Notes under the pieces: model-generated | Told to the model about the DNA's origin: nothing | The model's input: only the letters and a program-made list of their open reading frames with translations | The model's database searches: none | Part shown: positions 12,601 to 25,315 of the stretch, piece by piece | Layout of the letters: the number at the start of each line of letters is the position of its first letter | Position numbering within the stretch: position 1 is the stretch's first letter | Assembly (NCBI GenBank): GCA_951406725.2 | Contig: OX597818.1 | Span: 48,608,001 to 48,672,000 of the forward strand | Length of the DNA: 64,000 nt | Reading direction: 5' to 3' | DNA from: Octopus vulgaris | Taxonomy: Eukaryota | Translations under genes and position numbers: made by a program

Positions 12601-13503
12601 TAAATATTTTTGCTAGTTAAAAGAGAGGCAAAATTGCTAGGTTATTGGTCAAAATACATTGCATTATTTAATTCTGGCTCTGATGCCATGATTTCAATCC
12701 TCACCAACTCAACTTTGCTTTTACACCTTCCTGTCCAGAACTGGGGTCAAGTTTAATCAACATACTGATACTGGTGTCTCCTAGGCTTCTTCAGTCAATC
12801 TGAAAATTACAAACCAAATCTTCTTAGTGCAGTTGTTTACTTTAAGGGCAGATGAGGGCACGCAAACCCTCGACAGCCACAGATTTCCTGTAAGGAATAG
12901 CGACCCCAGGTATTATTAGCTTTGAAAGACATAATGAAAGGACAATGTCATGAAAATTCTATTAATAATAGAATGTGTGACATGTCCATCATCATACCTG
13001 ACATTAGGCAATAGATGAAGATGGTAATTAAAAGTCAAGGAAGTTGTGAGTTGGTTTTATTAGGAATAAAAGCAACAACATTATATTCAGCAAATGGAAT
13101 ATATATGGTGATGAAAATAATAGTGATGATATATATATATACAGATATATATTATATATTTATATATATGTATATGTATATATGTATACATCACGCTTAA
13201 TAAATACTATATTATTAAACTTCATTCATAAAGTCTTATAATATAGACAACGTTCAGTTAGTTAAAAGATTTTCTAACTATTTTTCAGGTAACAAGCATT
13301 GAGTGGGTTAAGTAGAAAACAAACCCTCTCAATTCAATTTGCTCCATGTTTGGCAGGGCTGTCCCAGTTCAATTCCGAATTCAGGGATCTTTTGTTGAGT
13401 AGCATTTCAAAATACAAATATTGATGAAATCGTCCTGGTTAAATGGTTCATGTTGCGTAGGCTTGTTGCTAAAAACATATATGTCTGTATGTATATATAT
13501 ATT

Positions 13504-13549
<46 letters not shown>

Positions 13550-15657
13550 CACATACATACATATATGCACACATATATATACTCATATATCATATATATG
13601 TAGACATATATATATATAAAGTATCATTTCTTATAAGCAACATTCAACTTCTTCCAACTTTTAATGCCTGGTAAAACAGGTGAAAATAGAAATTATTATA
13701 ACTTAAGCATTATATCATCTTCTTGTCAAAGCTAACTAGTTTTAGGAGAAAATATTCATTATTAATCAAATCCTTATTTAAAAAATATAATTAACAGTTT
13801 CGTAATATTTTTTAAATATAATTAACAGTTTCGTAATATTTTTTAAATATAATTTTCGAAATATTTTGAAAGAATAAAAGTTCTATAAGAATTTTAAAGA
13901 AACCAGAACCAAGAATTTTTTTAACTAGATTGTTTCGATTCATTTCAGTTTTATTGTCATTAAAGTATGACTGCATCCCTGTGTGTGTGTGTGTGTGAAG
14001 GCACGTGGCCTAGTGGCCAGAGTGTTGCATTCATGATTGCTAGATCATGGGTTTGATTGCTGGACCTAGCAAGCAGCACATTGTGTTCTTGAGCAATGCA
14101 CTTCATTTCATGTTGCTCCAGTCCAATGTGTGGTGGATTAGCCTTCTGATCAGGAAGGCTAAACCTTCTGACTAGCCTGCTCACCTTAGCCAGTAGAATG
14201 ACATCATTCAAAGGCTGAAACAATGCAAAGCGCACTGTGACAAGCGATGTTTAACAACATCTGATTGTCTGGTTTTTCCCATGATCAAGAAAGAGAGAGA
14301 TTTTAAATGGTCACTCAAACTGTAGAAATAGCAGCTTAATATCCCTCAAATTCCACTCTTATTATCTTAAATAAGAAATGGACACATATAATGTAGTCGC
14401 AGACAATACCCCTAAAAAAAAAGAAGGGATGGTCATGAGTCTGCTCTATCAGGGTTGACCTGTGGCAAAACAACAACAACAACAAATGTTGACACAATAT
14501 AAACACACATACTTAACATTCAATAATGGTAGAGCGCTGTGTTCAACAGTGTAACTGCTCTGGGTAGGGAATCTTTCCGAGCTGGACCACCAACCAGAGA
14601 GTAAATGTACCTACCTATGTAATGCTTCCCAAATGGCAGTTATAAGGAGAGTTATGTCCATGAAATTGTGTACTTGAGGGGAAAAAAACGTGAATGAATA
14701 TTTTTTAAAGAATGATTTTTTTTTTTTTTTCAATTTTTTTAGTGTGTGTATTTTCATTTTTGTCAGAAATTGAATAAATGTTCTGCCTTTGTGTGTATTT
14801 GGAAAATCAGCCAAAACTTAGAAGTATGTGATGTTTCTTTTGTAAAAGTAACTGTTATTATCTATTTTGATGGTGTAAATACAATTTTAGATAGTTGTAT
14901 ATTTGTAAATTGAATCTCGTTGTAAATAATGATGTAAGGAAAGGAGTCTGACTGAGATTAGTCTTTCATTTCATTGTCTTAAAAGACATTTTGTTGGATT
15001 ACGATCTTTTTCTTTTCTTCTTCTCTCTTCAAATGCTTGAAAGATTTCATCAACTCAGTTTTTACCATGCTATTTAAACAATTAATATTTCATGATATAT
15101 TTATTTTTTCCGTTACAAACTTAAAACTGATCTTTTATTTTCAAATCCCAAATATAAAAATAGTAATTACTTTTTGTTCTATAAAAAAAAAAAAATTGTA
15201 TTTTGGTTGTGCAAATTTCTCTCAAAGCTGTTCTCTATGATGCAAATTCTTCAAGCAGTGGAATAAATATTTCTTTCTCAATAAGATTGATTAAAATTGA
15301 ATGTTTATAAAAAAACAGACCTTGATTGAATCTAATTCAGATGATGCGAATGTTGCGAATGGATCATTTGAGTACATTATAATGTGAGTTTTTCTGAATG
15401 ATAATAATACATGGGTTGAAATGTTTCCATATTTCCTAGTATGATAGTTTTTGAATGCTCTGTTTGATTTTCCTCCTCGAGTTTACATTGGTGACAACTG
15501 TGTAAATATTTCAAACCAGAAGTATGTGAGCCAAATATTGTTTATTTGTTTTTAATTTACTCATCAATAAAATTGCTAAGCAGTAACTCAGTTTTGTGAA
15601 TTAATGGCTTGTTTCATTTTATTTTTTGCCTGAATCAACCAAAACGAATTGTTTTAA

Positions 15658-15877
15658 CCCTTTAGTGTTTAAACTGGCCAAATCCAGCCAAAAGTATTCT
15701 GCCTGTTTTATGTTCAAACTGGCCAGATCTGGTCTCTCACACCAACCCTACAATATCATTTAAAAAATTACAGGTATCTCATCAAAATCTCATAGCTACA
15801 AGATAATGCATGATTAGTTCAAAACAACATAAATGAAAAAACATTAATTTTGGTAGAATAATGCAAACACTAAAGGG
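15658..15877. mobile_element. piggyBac-like MITE, family 2
   Basis: TTAA TSDs; TIR CCCTTTAGTGTTT...AAACACTAAAGGG. Confidence 0.85.
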
Positions 15878-16528
15878 TTAATGGGGTATTTTTTTAAAAA
15901 TTTTATTTTACTTTTCACCTTTTACATGTTTCAGTCATTAGACTGTGACCATGCTGGGGCACCACCTTTAAGGGTTCGAAGAAATCAACTCCATTGATTT
16001 TTTTTTTTTTATATTTAAGTTTAGTATATATTCTATCATTCTCTTATTCTGAACTACTAAGGTACAAGGATGTGAACAAACCAACACAGGTAGACAAACT
16101 CAGACATATACACCATCATCATTTTAACATCTGCTTTTCCATGATTGAACGAAATTTATTGAGGTGTCAAGGCAAGGAGATAACAGCACACACACACACA
16201 TCTATCTATCTATCTATCTATCTATCTGTATATATCATACACATACACACACATATATACTCTAATACACACACATACACAATAGGCTTCTTTCAGTTTC
16301 TGTCTGCCAAATCCACTCTTACGGCTTTAGTTAGCCTAAGGGTCTATAGTAGAAGACACTTGCCTAAGGCTATAGTAGAAGACATTTGCCCATGGTGCCA
16401 TGCAAAGGGACTGAACCTGGAACCATGTGGTTGGGAAGCAAACAACTTCATGTCACACACACATATATACAAAATTTTGTTAGGTTGACATTCTTTTAAA
16501 AACATTTTTAGAATAAATGAAACCATAC

Positions 16529-16698
16529 TTCTGTTGTGTCTGGGGAGAGTCATTTTCTTTTGGTGCCTTATAATTTAACACACTCACCGGTAAAATTTCC
16601 ACTTATTTCTTATTTTTATTTTCCTAAAATTTTCATTGCGTCTTGCAACCTTTTCAATAGGCACCAAAAGAGAATGACTCTCCCCAAACACAACAGAA
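16529..16698. mobile_element. Probable Penelope-like element remnant (inverted 40-bp arms enclosing a hammerhead motif)
   Basis: Arms 16529-16568 and 16659-16698 are reverse complements with 2 mismatches; a minimal hammerhead motif lies inside. The PLE assignment is an inference. Confidence 0.5.
16623..16661 (-). ncRNA. Minimal type I hammerhead ribozyme motif, U3-A8 core variant
   Basis: Minus strand: CCUA-UUGAAAA-G-GUUGC-AAGAC-GCAAU-GAAA-AUU-U-UAGG, giving stem I CCUA/UAGG, stem II GUUGC/GCAAU and a palindromic AAUU stem III. Confidence 0.5.
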
Positions 16699-17381
16699 TA
16701 TACTCCAACACACAAAACTCCCATAAAGAACCTTGCAAACCAAATCCAGAAAGGAAATGAAGCAATAATTGATATTGTTTCCCTGCTCCTTCTCTCTCTC
16801 TCTCTCTCTCTCTCTCATCAGCTGTACCTTAAGCAGACTTATGGCACAGAGGTAGCCAATAGATTAAGAGAACAGCCTTAGAGCTCTTGACTGGATTCCT
16901 ATTCTGGTAATCTATTAATTGCTAGATTTGAAGATTACCAAATGAAGAAACACTGAAGAAAACTGGTACAAATTCAATTCAACCAAAATTATTTTGCATC
17001 ATTAGTTTCATAATTTAGGAAATTTTATCATCTTTGCATTGCATGCATTTCTCTAAACCATGTTTTTTTTTTTTTACAACTGCAATACTACTATTGACCA
17101 TATGGTGGAATATGGAACAAAATGTCGCAACACAAAGAGGCTGGCCATGAAAAGAATTTCAGGGAAAAAGCTTGATACTGTCGTAATCAAACCAATGTAC
17201 TTTTAACAATCTATTGCTCTTTAGCCCTAAGTCAACTCTGATCAAATAAACCTACAATTAAAAGCAATTCAGTTATCCAGGGTTATGTGGAACTACATTA
17301 TCTAATAAGTCCTTTATTTAAAAAGGTAAGGTGTGTAATTTGAGGGAGATTTGGCTGCAATTTCAAACAAAGCAAACAACC

Positions 17382-17658
17382 TGTAGTGTGATGGATGAAA
17401 AGCACAACAGAAAAAGAAGCAACGGGAGAAAGAAATACAAAAGGCCTTACCTAGGTGAAATCAGCAGTCTCTCTCATGTCCTGCCATTCTGCCGTCTTTG
17501 CTGGAACTGACCACACATGCTTGCTGACCATGCATGCTTCCTGCCCACGCATGCCCCTTTCACTCTTCCGCCAGCCCCTGCAAGCCTTACTTCCGCCCAC
17601 CTCATCTGTCATCCTCTCCACCAACACCACATAGCTCATCACAGCCCATAACACCACA
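17382..17658. mobile_element. Solo LTR (277 bp)
   Basis: Termini TGTAGTG...CACCACA (TG...CA, imperfect inverted ends), flanked by a perfect 5-bp TSD CAACC (17377-17381 and 17659-17663). Confidence 0.7.
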
Positions 17659-18621
17659 CAACCCTGTAAGGATTCGATTGTTGATCGATGACTGTTGTGA
17701 TATTTGAGGTAATAATTCCTTCTATAGGCACAAGGCCCTTAAATTTTTTAGACGGTGGCTAGTCAATTACACTGACCCCAGTGCTCAACTGGTACTTATT
17801 TGATCTTAGTGGAATTTGAACTCAGATAATTTAGTTAATTTGTTTTTATATTTGCATGCTGAAAAAAACCGAATTCATAGTTCTACAGAAAAGGATTATA
17901 TACCTAAATCTTATTTAGATAAGTTCTTATTGGTACTGAGAGGAAAATATTAAAAAAAAAATCTTTGGGTTGTTAATCTTAAAACACTATCCTAGGAGTT
18001 TTTACTGGTCACAGCTGCATTGTATCTCCTCAGACAAACCCTGGCAATATTTACTATTGCAGTGGATTCTGATTATATTTCTATCTTGGATTCTGATTAT
18101 ATTTCTATCTTGTCCTTAAGTGGAAGCAGATGTAGGTAATCTCATCATTTAATGTTCATTTTTCATGCTGGCATGTGTTGGATGGTTTGACAGAAGCTGG
18201 ACTAAGCTCCAGACATCTGTTTTGTTTTGGTTTGGTTTCTACAGCTGGATTCCCTAACACCATTTTACGGAGAGTACTGAGTGCTTTTTATGTGGCACTG
18301 GCACAGGTACTCTTTTATGTGGCACCAGGATTTACACAAATTTTTTTCAGGCTGCAAACTTCTCATTCATAAGCAACGTAGTTGGAGCTGATAACTTAAG
18401 CCCAGCACCGCAGGAGGGGTTGAACTTCAAGAATTTAGGCTGAGTGCAGTGGATGATGTTGACCTTTGACATACATGTACACTTTGCAGTACATTCAGCT
18501 AAACCCTCTCATCATCATCATCGTTTACTGTCTGCTTTCCACCCTAGCATGTGTAGGACAGTTTGAGAGGGACCAGTGGGCTGTAGATCCATATCAAGCT
18601 TCAGTGTCTTCTTTGGCTTGT

Positions 18622-19032
18622 TTCTTATTTCTTTATTGCCCACAAGGGGCTAAACACAGAGGGGACAAACAATGACAGACAAAGGGATTGAGTCGATTAC
18701 ATCGACCCCAGTGCGTAACTGGTACTTAATTTATTGATCATGAAAGGCAAAGTCGACCTCGGCAGAATTTGAACTCAGAACATAATGGCAGAAGAAATAC
18801 CTATTTCTTTACTACCCACAAGGGGATAAACACAGAGAGGACAAACAAGGACAGACAAAGGGATTAAGTCAATTACATCAACCCCCAGTGCGTAACTGGT
18901 ACTAAATTTATTGACCCTGAAAGGATGAAAGGCAAAGTCAACCTCGGCGGAATTTGAACTCAGAACGTAATGGCAGACGAAATACCGCTAAGCATTTCGC
19001 CCTGCCTGCTAACGTTTCTGCCAGTTTGCCTT
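18622..19032 (-). mobile_element. SINE family B dimer
   Basis: Two tandem body copies with one head. Confidence 0.8.
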
Positions 19033-19525
19033 CTTTGGCATGTTTCAACAGTTGGGTGCCCTTCTTAATGCCAACCACTTTACAGAGAGTACTGGATGCT
19101 TTTTCCATGTCACCAGCACTAGTGAGGTTGCCATATAACTTGCAAGACAGAAAAGAGCAGGGAAAATGGAAATGGTAAAAAGCTCCCACTACTAAGAGGA
19201 AATATTTGGGAGTGGATGGCTGTATGCTGGGTGTTGAAAGGCTAAAGTATGGGAGAGGGACAGGTACAAGTATCTTGCTACAGAGGAAATATGAAGGGGT
19301 GCTCAAAAGAACTTTACTCAGATTCACACACTTATTGCAGTGGCCCTTCAGTTTTTCTAAGCTCTGTAAAAGAACTCAGATGGTTGGGCTTCCAACCAAG
19401 CCTTTCATGATAACCCTTAAAGCCAGGAACTTTTCATCACCCCTTCATACATGACTAAAAGAGATAAGATGGTTGTGGCAGGGGTGCTAGAGCAAACTCA
19501 GAATATAAAATTTAGAAACATGCAT

Positions 19526-19827
19526 AGGTGCAGGAGTGGCTGTGTGGTAAGAAGCTTGCTTCCCAACCACATGGTTCCAGGTTCACTCCCACTGCATGGC
19601 ACCTTGGGCAAGTGTCTTCTACTATAGTCCTGGGCCAACCAAAAGTTGCTTAGCAACCGATGCTGGTGTATTTACATCCCTGTAACTTAGAGGTTTGGAA
19701 AAATAACCCAATAGACTAAGTACTAGGCTTACAAAAAATAAGTCCTGGGGTCATTTTGTTTGACTAAAGGTGGTACTCCAGCACGGCCACAGTCAAATAA
19801 CTGAAACAAGTAAAAGAATAAAAGAAT
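19526..19827 (+). mobile_element. SINE family A, internally deleted
   Basis: Same head and tail as 3161-3563, central part missing. Confidence 0.75.
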
Positions 19828-20099
19828 TTAGTAATCCATACACATGTATTGTACCAGGAATTACAAAGTGGAAACAGTTGAACTCTCCCACTCCCAGACT
19901 CCAAGGTATCAGAGTTATGAGATACTAAATAGTATGGGAATGCTCAGGGTGGGTCATTTCTGAAAGGATTTGTAGTGGTGATTGAAACCCAGATCACTTG
20001 ATAACTGGCTATGCATCTCGTCTGAACCACAGTAGTTTCATGTGATCAGTCTATTTAGCAACCAATCAACATCAAGTTATGGCATGATTTAATTACTAT

Positions 20100-20510
20100 T
20101 TTACTCTTTACTCTTTTACTTGTTTCAGTCATTTGACTGTGGCCATGCTGGAGCACTGCCTTTAGTCAAGCAAATCGACCCCAGGACTTCTTTGTAAGTC
20201 TAGTACTTATTCTGTCAGTGTCTTTTGCCAAACCGCTAAGTTACAGTGATGTAAACACACCAGCATTGGTTGTCAAGCAATGTTGGGGGGACAAACACAG
20301 ACACACAAACATATACACACACATGCATACATACATATACATATATATGACAGGCTTCTTTCAGTTTCCGTCTACCAAATCCACTCACAAGGCTTTGGTT
20401 GGCCCGAGGCTATAGTAGAAGCCACTTGCCCAAGGTGCCATGTAGTGCAACTGAACCCAGAACCATGTGGTTGGTAAGCAAGCTACTTACCACACAGCCA
20501 CTACTACACC
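20100..20510 (-). mobile_element. SINE family A
   Basis: Reverse-complement match to 3161-3563. Confidence 0.8.
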
Positions 20511-21364
20511 TATTGTCCAGAATCTTCTTCTTGCACCCTCTAAAAGACTGCTTTTGAAGGCAATTAATTGTAGAATGTTGTGGCAGCTGAGCAACAAGTG
20601 TCTCCATTCTTACCAAATAGACGGCTGAGGACTGCTATCTTCATGCTGACATGAAGATAGAGCAGTTGATGTTTATTTGTTTGTTTGTTGAGTGAAGCAG
20701 TCTTCGTCCTGTCTGTAGTGGGAGAATTCCGAAACATGGTACTTTGCTATTCGTAAGACCTGCAGAAGAGAAAGCATGTCAACCCCCGACACCGAGAGCA
20801 TCGACGGATGGATGAATGCGCATCCAGGCTCAGCGGTTGCGTAGGAAGTCGGGGACAAGAAACAGGAAGAAAGAGTGAGAGAAAGAGTACAACAGGGGTC
20901 GCCACCCCCCACCCCCCCTGCCGGAGCCTCGTGGAGCTTTAGGTGTTTTCACTCAAAAACACACACAACGTCTGGTCTGGGAATCGAAACCAAGATCCTC
21001 CGACCGCGAGTCCGCTGCCCTAAACATTGGGCCATTGCGCCTCCACTGCAGTTGATGTTGGGCCAACTGTATGTTGCTGTACCAATAGGTTTCTGTAATC
21101 TCAGCAGTATCTCTCTCCCAGTCTGTAATTATTGTTGTTGTTAATTGTAAATGGCCAACACAGATTGGCTTTATGTGCAATGATAAATAGATTGGCATAT
21201 TTCAGTCATATTATGCGGAGAAAATCCCTGGAGAAGGACATCATGCTCGGAATGGTCAGTGGCAAGATTCTTCAGTTTGGGGTTTGAGATAATTTGAAAA
21301 ATTGAGCATGATGATAGTGCTGGTGATATCCTGGCAAATATAGCCAGAAGAATTAATGTGTCTT

Positions 21365-21945
21365 TCACTCTTTACTCTTTTACTTGTTTCAATCATTTGA
21401 CTGTGGCCATGCTGGAGCACCATCTTTAGTCAAGCAAATCAACCCCAGGACTTATTCTTTGTAAGCCTTAGTACTTATTCTATCGGTCTCTTTGGCCGAA
21501 CCGGTAAGTTACGGGGACGTAAACACACCGCCATCGGTTGTCAAGCGATGTTGGGGGGACAAACACAAACACATAAATACACACACACACATACATATAT
21601 ATATAGCACCCACTACACTCACGGTCTGGTTGGCATTAGGAAGGGCATCCAGCTGTAGAAACACTGCCAGATCAGACTGGAGCCTGGTGCAGCCTCCTGG
21701 CTTCCCAGATCCCTGGTCGAACCGTGCAACCTATGCTAGCATGGAAAACGGACGTTAAACGATGATGATGATACATATATACGACGGGCTTCTTTCAGTT
21801 TCCATCTACCAAATCCACTCACAAGGCCTTGGTCGGCCCAAGGCTATAGTAGAAGACACTTGTCCAAGGTGTCATGCAGTGGGAATGAACCTGGAACCAT
21901 GTGGTTGGTAAGCAAGCTACTTACCACACAGCCATTCCTGCGCCT
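21365..21945 (-). mobile_element. SINE family A with an RTE 3'-tail fragment inserted in its central microsatellite (~21606-21771)
   Basis: The SINE halves flank a + strand AGCACCCACTACACTC...GGACGTTAAACGATGATG segment. Confidence 0.8.
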
Positions 21946-22155
21946 AGTGTGAAAAAATATTTTCACAAATGTAGTTGAAGAACAATCAATTGTTATGAGA
22001 GTGATGATAATGTGATTTTAATATGAACAAGTGAACCAACTAGTCAGGACTTAATAATATGTCTGCTGTTTTGCTTTTATTCGAAAAGGTAGCTTTTAAG
22101 GGGACACAACTCAATACAACTTTTTGAACTAAAATACCACGTTTGAATATCTATC

Positions 22156-22273
22156 TATCTCTGCCATATCACTTTGAAAGACCAGTTCTCGTCCGATCAC
22201 TGAAGTTAAGCAAAGTCGAGTCTAGTTAGTACTTAGACGGGTGACCGCTTGGGAAACCTAGGTGCTGTAAACG
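22156..22273 (+). pseudogene. Dispersed 5S rRNA-derived copy (probable pseudogene)
   Basis: GCCATATCACTTTGAAAGACCAGTTCTCGTCCGATCACTGAAGTTAAGC...AGTTAGTACTTAGACGGGTGACCGCTTGGGAA..CTAGGTGCTGTAAAC follows the metazoan 5S rRNA over nearly its full length, including the internal control region. The 5' end is degenerate and the copy is single, not in an array. Confidence 0.85.
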
Positions 22274-22287
22274 TCTTTCTATCTTTT

Positions 22288-22405
22288 AGGCGGCGAACTG
22301 GCAGAAACGTTAGCACGCCGGGCGAAATGCGTGGCCGTATTTCTGCTGCTACGTTCTGAGTTCAAATTCCGCCGAGGTCGACTTTGTCTTTCATCCTTTC
22401 GGGGT
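22288..22405 (+). mobile_element. SINE family B, 3'-truncated, immediately after the 5S copy
   Basis: AGGCGGCGAACTGGCAGAAACGTTAGCACGCCGGGCGAAATGC head. Confidence 0.8.
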
Positions 22406-22488
22406 CAGACAAGGTTGGAATTCCTTTTATTAATATATATATATATATTCCGTCCAACCCGTGCTAGTGCGGAAAACGGACGTTAAAC

Positions 22489-22521
<33 letters not shown>

Positions 22522-22777
22522 ATATATATATATATATATATATTCTTACATACATACATATATATATTATTTTATTCTTTTATTTGTTTCAGTCATTTGA
22601 CTGGGGCCATGCTGTAACGCTACCTTTACTGGGGCAAATTGACCCCAGGATCTTATTCTTTGTAAAGCCTAGTACTTATTCTATCAATCACTTTTGCTGA
22701 ACGACTAAGTTATGGGGATGTAAACACACCAGCAGCAGTTGTCAAGTGATGTTGGGAGGACAATCACAGACACAAAA

Positions 22778-22810
<33 letters not shown>

Positions 22811-23053
22811 CGACAGGCTTCTTTCAGTTTCTGTCTACCAAATCCACTCACAAGGCTACTTACTGCACAGCCACTCCTGCACTTATACTTACCACACAGC
22901 ATAAACATACATACATGTATGCATACATAATACATACATATATATATATACATACATACATATATATATATATATACACACACATGCATACATATATATT
23001 GACCTCGTGTGTACCTTTAACGTTTTTTTTTCCTCTGTCTTCTCTTCTCCTAT

Positions 23054-23088
23054 GTTTCCAACGAAGAGCTCCGCTCGAAACGTTAAAT
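23054..23088 (+). ncRNA. Degenerate minimal hammerhead motif in a Penelope-like remnant (~23000-23185)
   Basis: GUUU-CCAACGA-A-GAGC-UCC-GCUC-GAAA-CGU-U-AAAU. The core differs from CUGANGA at two positions; palindromic ACGU stem III. Confidence 0.45.
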
Positions 23089-23458
23089 CCTCCTTCTTTC
23101 CTTCTTTCCTGAGCGACCAATAATACTATATTTGTTCCACATCCTCGTGTTGTTGTGTTTTTTGTGTTTTCTTGTTTGGATTAACTATATATATATATAT
23201 ATATATGTATGTATCAAAAATAAGCAACAAGAATGATTCTGGTAATTCGGTAAAATTGTTTCATACTACAACATTTTATTAAAAGCTGTAAATATTACAG
23301 CAGATTTAAGATGCCGAGTACTCTTCAGCCAATTTATATAGGTTTTACAATAATATAAAAGCTTTCAAATCAAGTAATAACATTTTAGGGAAGGTAAATA
23401 TACAGATAAAGAAGTAGATATAAATTTTAGGAACATATGAGGTTGTGTAGTTCAGATG

Positions 23459-24270
23459 CATCTGAACCCGTGGAAGAGGTAGACCCAGGTAAACCTGGGA
23501 TGAGGTGGTGAAGCATGACCTTTGAACTTTAGGCCTCACCGAGGCAATGACTAGCGACCAAGACCTTTGGAAATATGCTGTGCGTGAGAAGACCCAGCAG
23601 GACAAGTCAGTCCAGCCCACTTATGCATGTCTTTCCTCCCTTGGACACACAAAAATCTGTTGAGGCAAGCGAAGTCGAAATCGAACCTCATCTGACGACA
23701 GGCACCCATGCCAACCTCCCTTCATTGGACACTAAACTCTGCTTGCGAAGACCTATTGGGGCAAGTGAAATCGGAATCGAAATTGAACTAATCCTATGAC
23801 TGGCACCCGGCAGTTGCCAGGACCGCTGGACTGACTCCTGTGCAGGTGGCAAGTAAAGAAACATCATTTCAACCCTGTGCTTGAGGAGATCCATTGAGTC
23901 AAGTACACCAACATCAAAATCAATGGAAACTGCAGATGTGATCCCTGTGCCAGTGACACGTAAAAAGCACCATCTGAATGTGGCCGATGCCAGCGCCGCC
24001 TAGACTGGCTTCCGTGCCGGTGGCACGTAAAATGCACCAATTCAATCGTGGCTGTTGCCAGCCTCGCCTGGCACCTGTGCAGGTGGCACGTAAAAAGTGC
24101 CCACTACACTCACGGAGTGGTTGGCGTTAGGAAGTGCATCCAGCTGCAGAAACAATGCCAGATCAAGATTGGAGCCTGGTGCAGCCTCCTAGCTTCCCAG
24201 ACCCCGGTCAAACTGTCCAACCCATGCTAGCATGGAGAACGGACGTTAAATGATGATGATGATGATGATG
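23459..24270 (+). mobile_element. RTE LINE 3' fragment (ORF end + 3'UTR + (ATG)n tail)
   Basis: GGAAGAGGTAGACCCAGG...TGGGATGAGGTGGTGAAGCATGACC matches the RGRPRKTWDEVVKHDL-coding part of the 29.7 kb element and ends in GGACGTTAAATGATGATG. Confidence 0.8.
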
Positions 24271-24599
24271 ATATATATATATATATAAGCACCATCCGCT
24301 CGTGTCCTTTGCTAGCCTCGCCTGGCCCCCGTGCTGGTGGCACATAAAAGCACCATCCGTTCGTGACCGTTTGCCAGCTCCGTCTGGCACCTGTGCGGGT
24401 GGCACGTAAAAAGCACCCACTACACTCACAGAGTGGTTGGCGTTAGGAAGGGCATCCAGCCGTAGAAACACTGCCAGATCAGACTGGGCCTGATGCAGCC
24501 TTCTGGCTTCACAGACCCCAGTTGAACCGTCCAACCCATGCTAGCATGGAAAGCGGACGCTAAACGATGATGAGGATGATGATGATATATATATATATA

Positions 24600-25005
24600 T
24601 ATTATTCTTTATTCTTTTATTTGTTTCAGTCATTTGACTGCACCCATGCTGAAGCACAGCCTTTAGTCAAGCAAATGGAACCCAGGACTTATTCTTTGTA
24701 AGCCTAGTACTTATTCTGGCGGTCTCTCTTACCGAACTGCTAAGTGATGGGGATGTAAACACACCATCATCGGTTGTCAAGCAAAGTTGGGGGGGACAAA
24801 CACAGGCACACAAACATATACACACACATACATATATACATATATACAACAGGCTTCTTTCCACTTCTACCAAATCCACTCACAAGGCTTTGGTCAGCCT
24901 GAGGCTATAGTAGAAGACACTTGCCCAAGGTGCCACGCAGTGGGACTGAACCTGGATCCATGTGGCTGGTAAGCAAGCTACTTACCACACATTCACTCCT
25001 GCGCC
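24600..25005 (-). mobile_element. SINE family A
   Basis: Reverse-complement match to 3161-3563. Confidence 0.8.
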
Positions 25006-25009
25006 TCTA

Positions 25010-25315
<306 letters not shown>

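Larger units (their letters stand above)
11528..15600 (+). other. Probable ~4 kb 3'UTR of the PSKH1-like gene
   Basis: U-rich on +, few intact SINEs, TE-free distal block at ~14600-15600. AATAAA at 15566-15571 is followed by GU/U-rich sequence, and dense TE sequence starts just after. The end point is inferred. Confidence 0.4.

Noticed and set aside
13780-13855. ~30 bp tandem duplication (a similar 24 bp one is at ~18063-18112)
   Set aside because: Ordinary slippage duplications with no sign of function.
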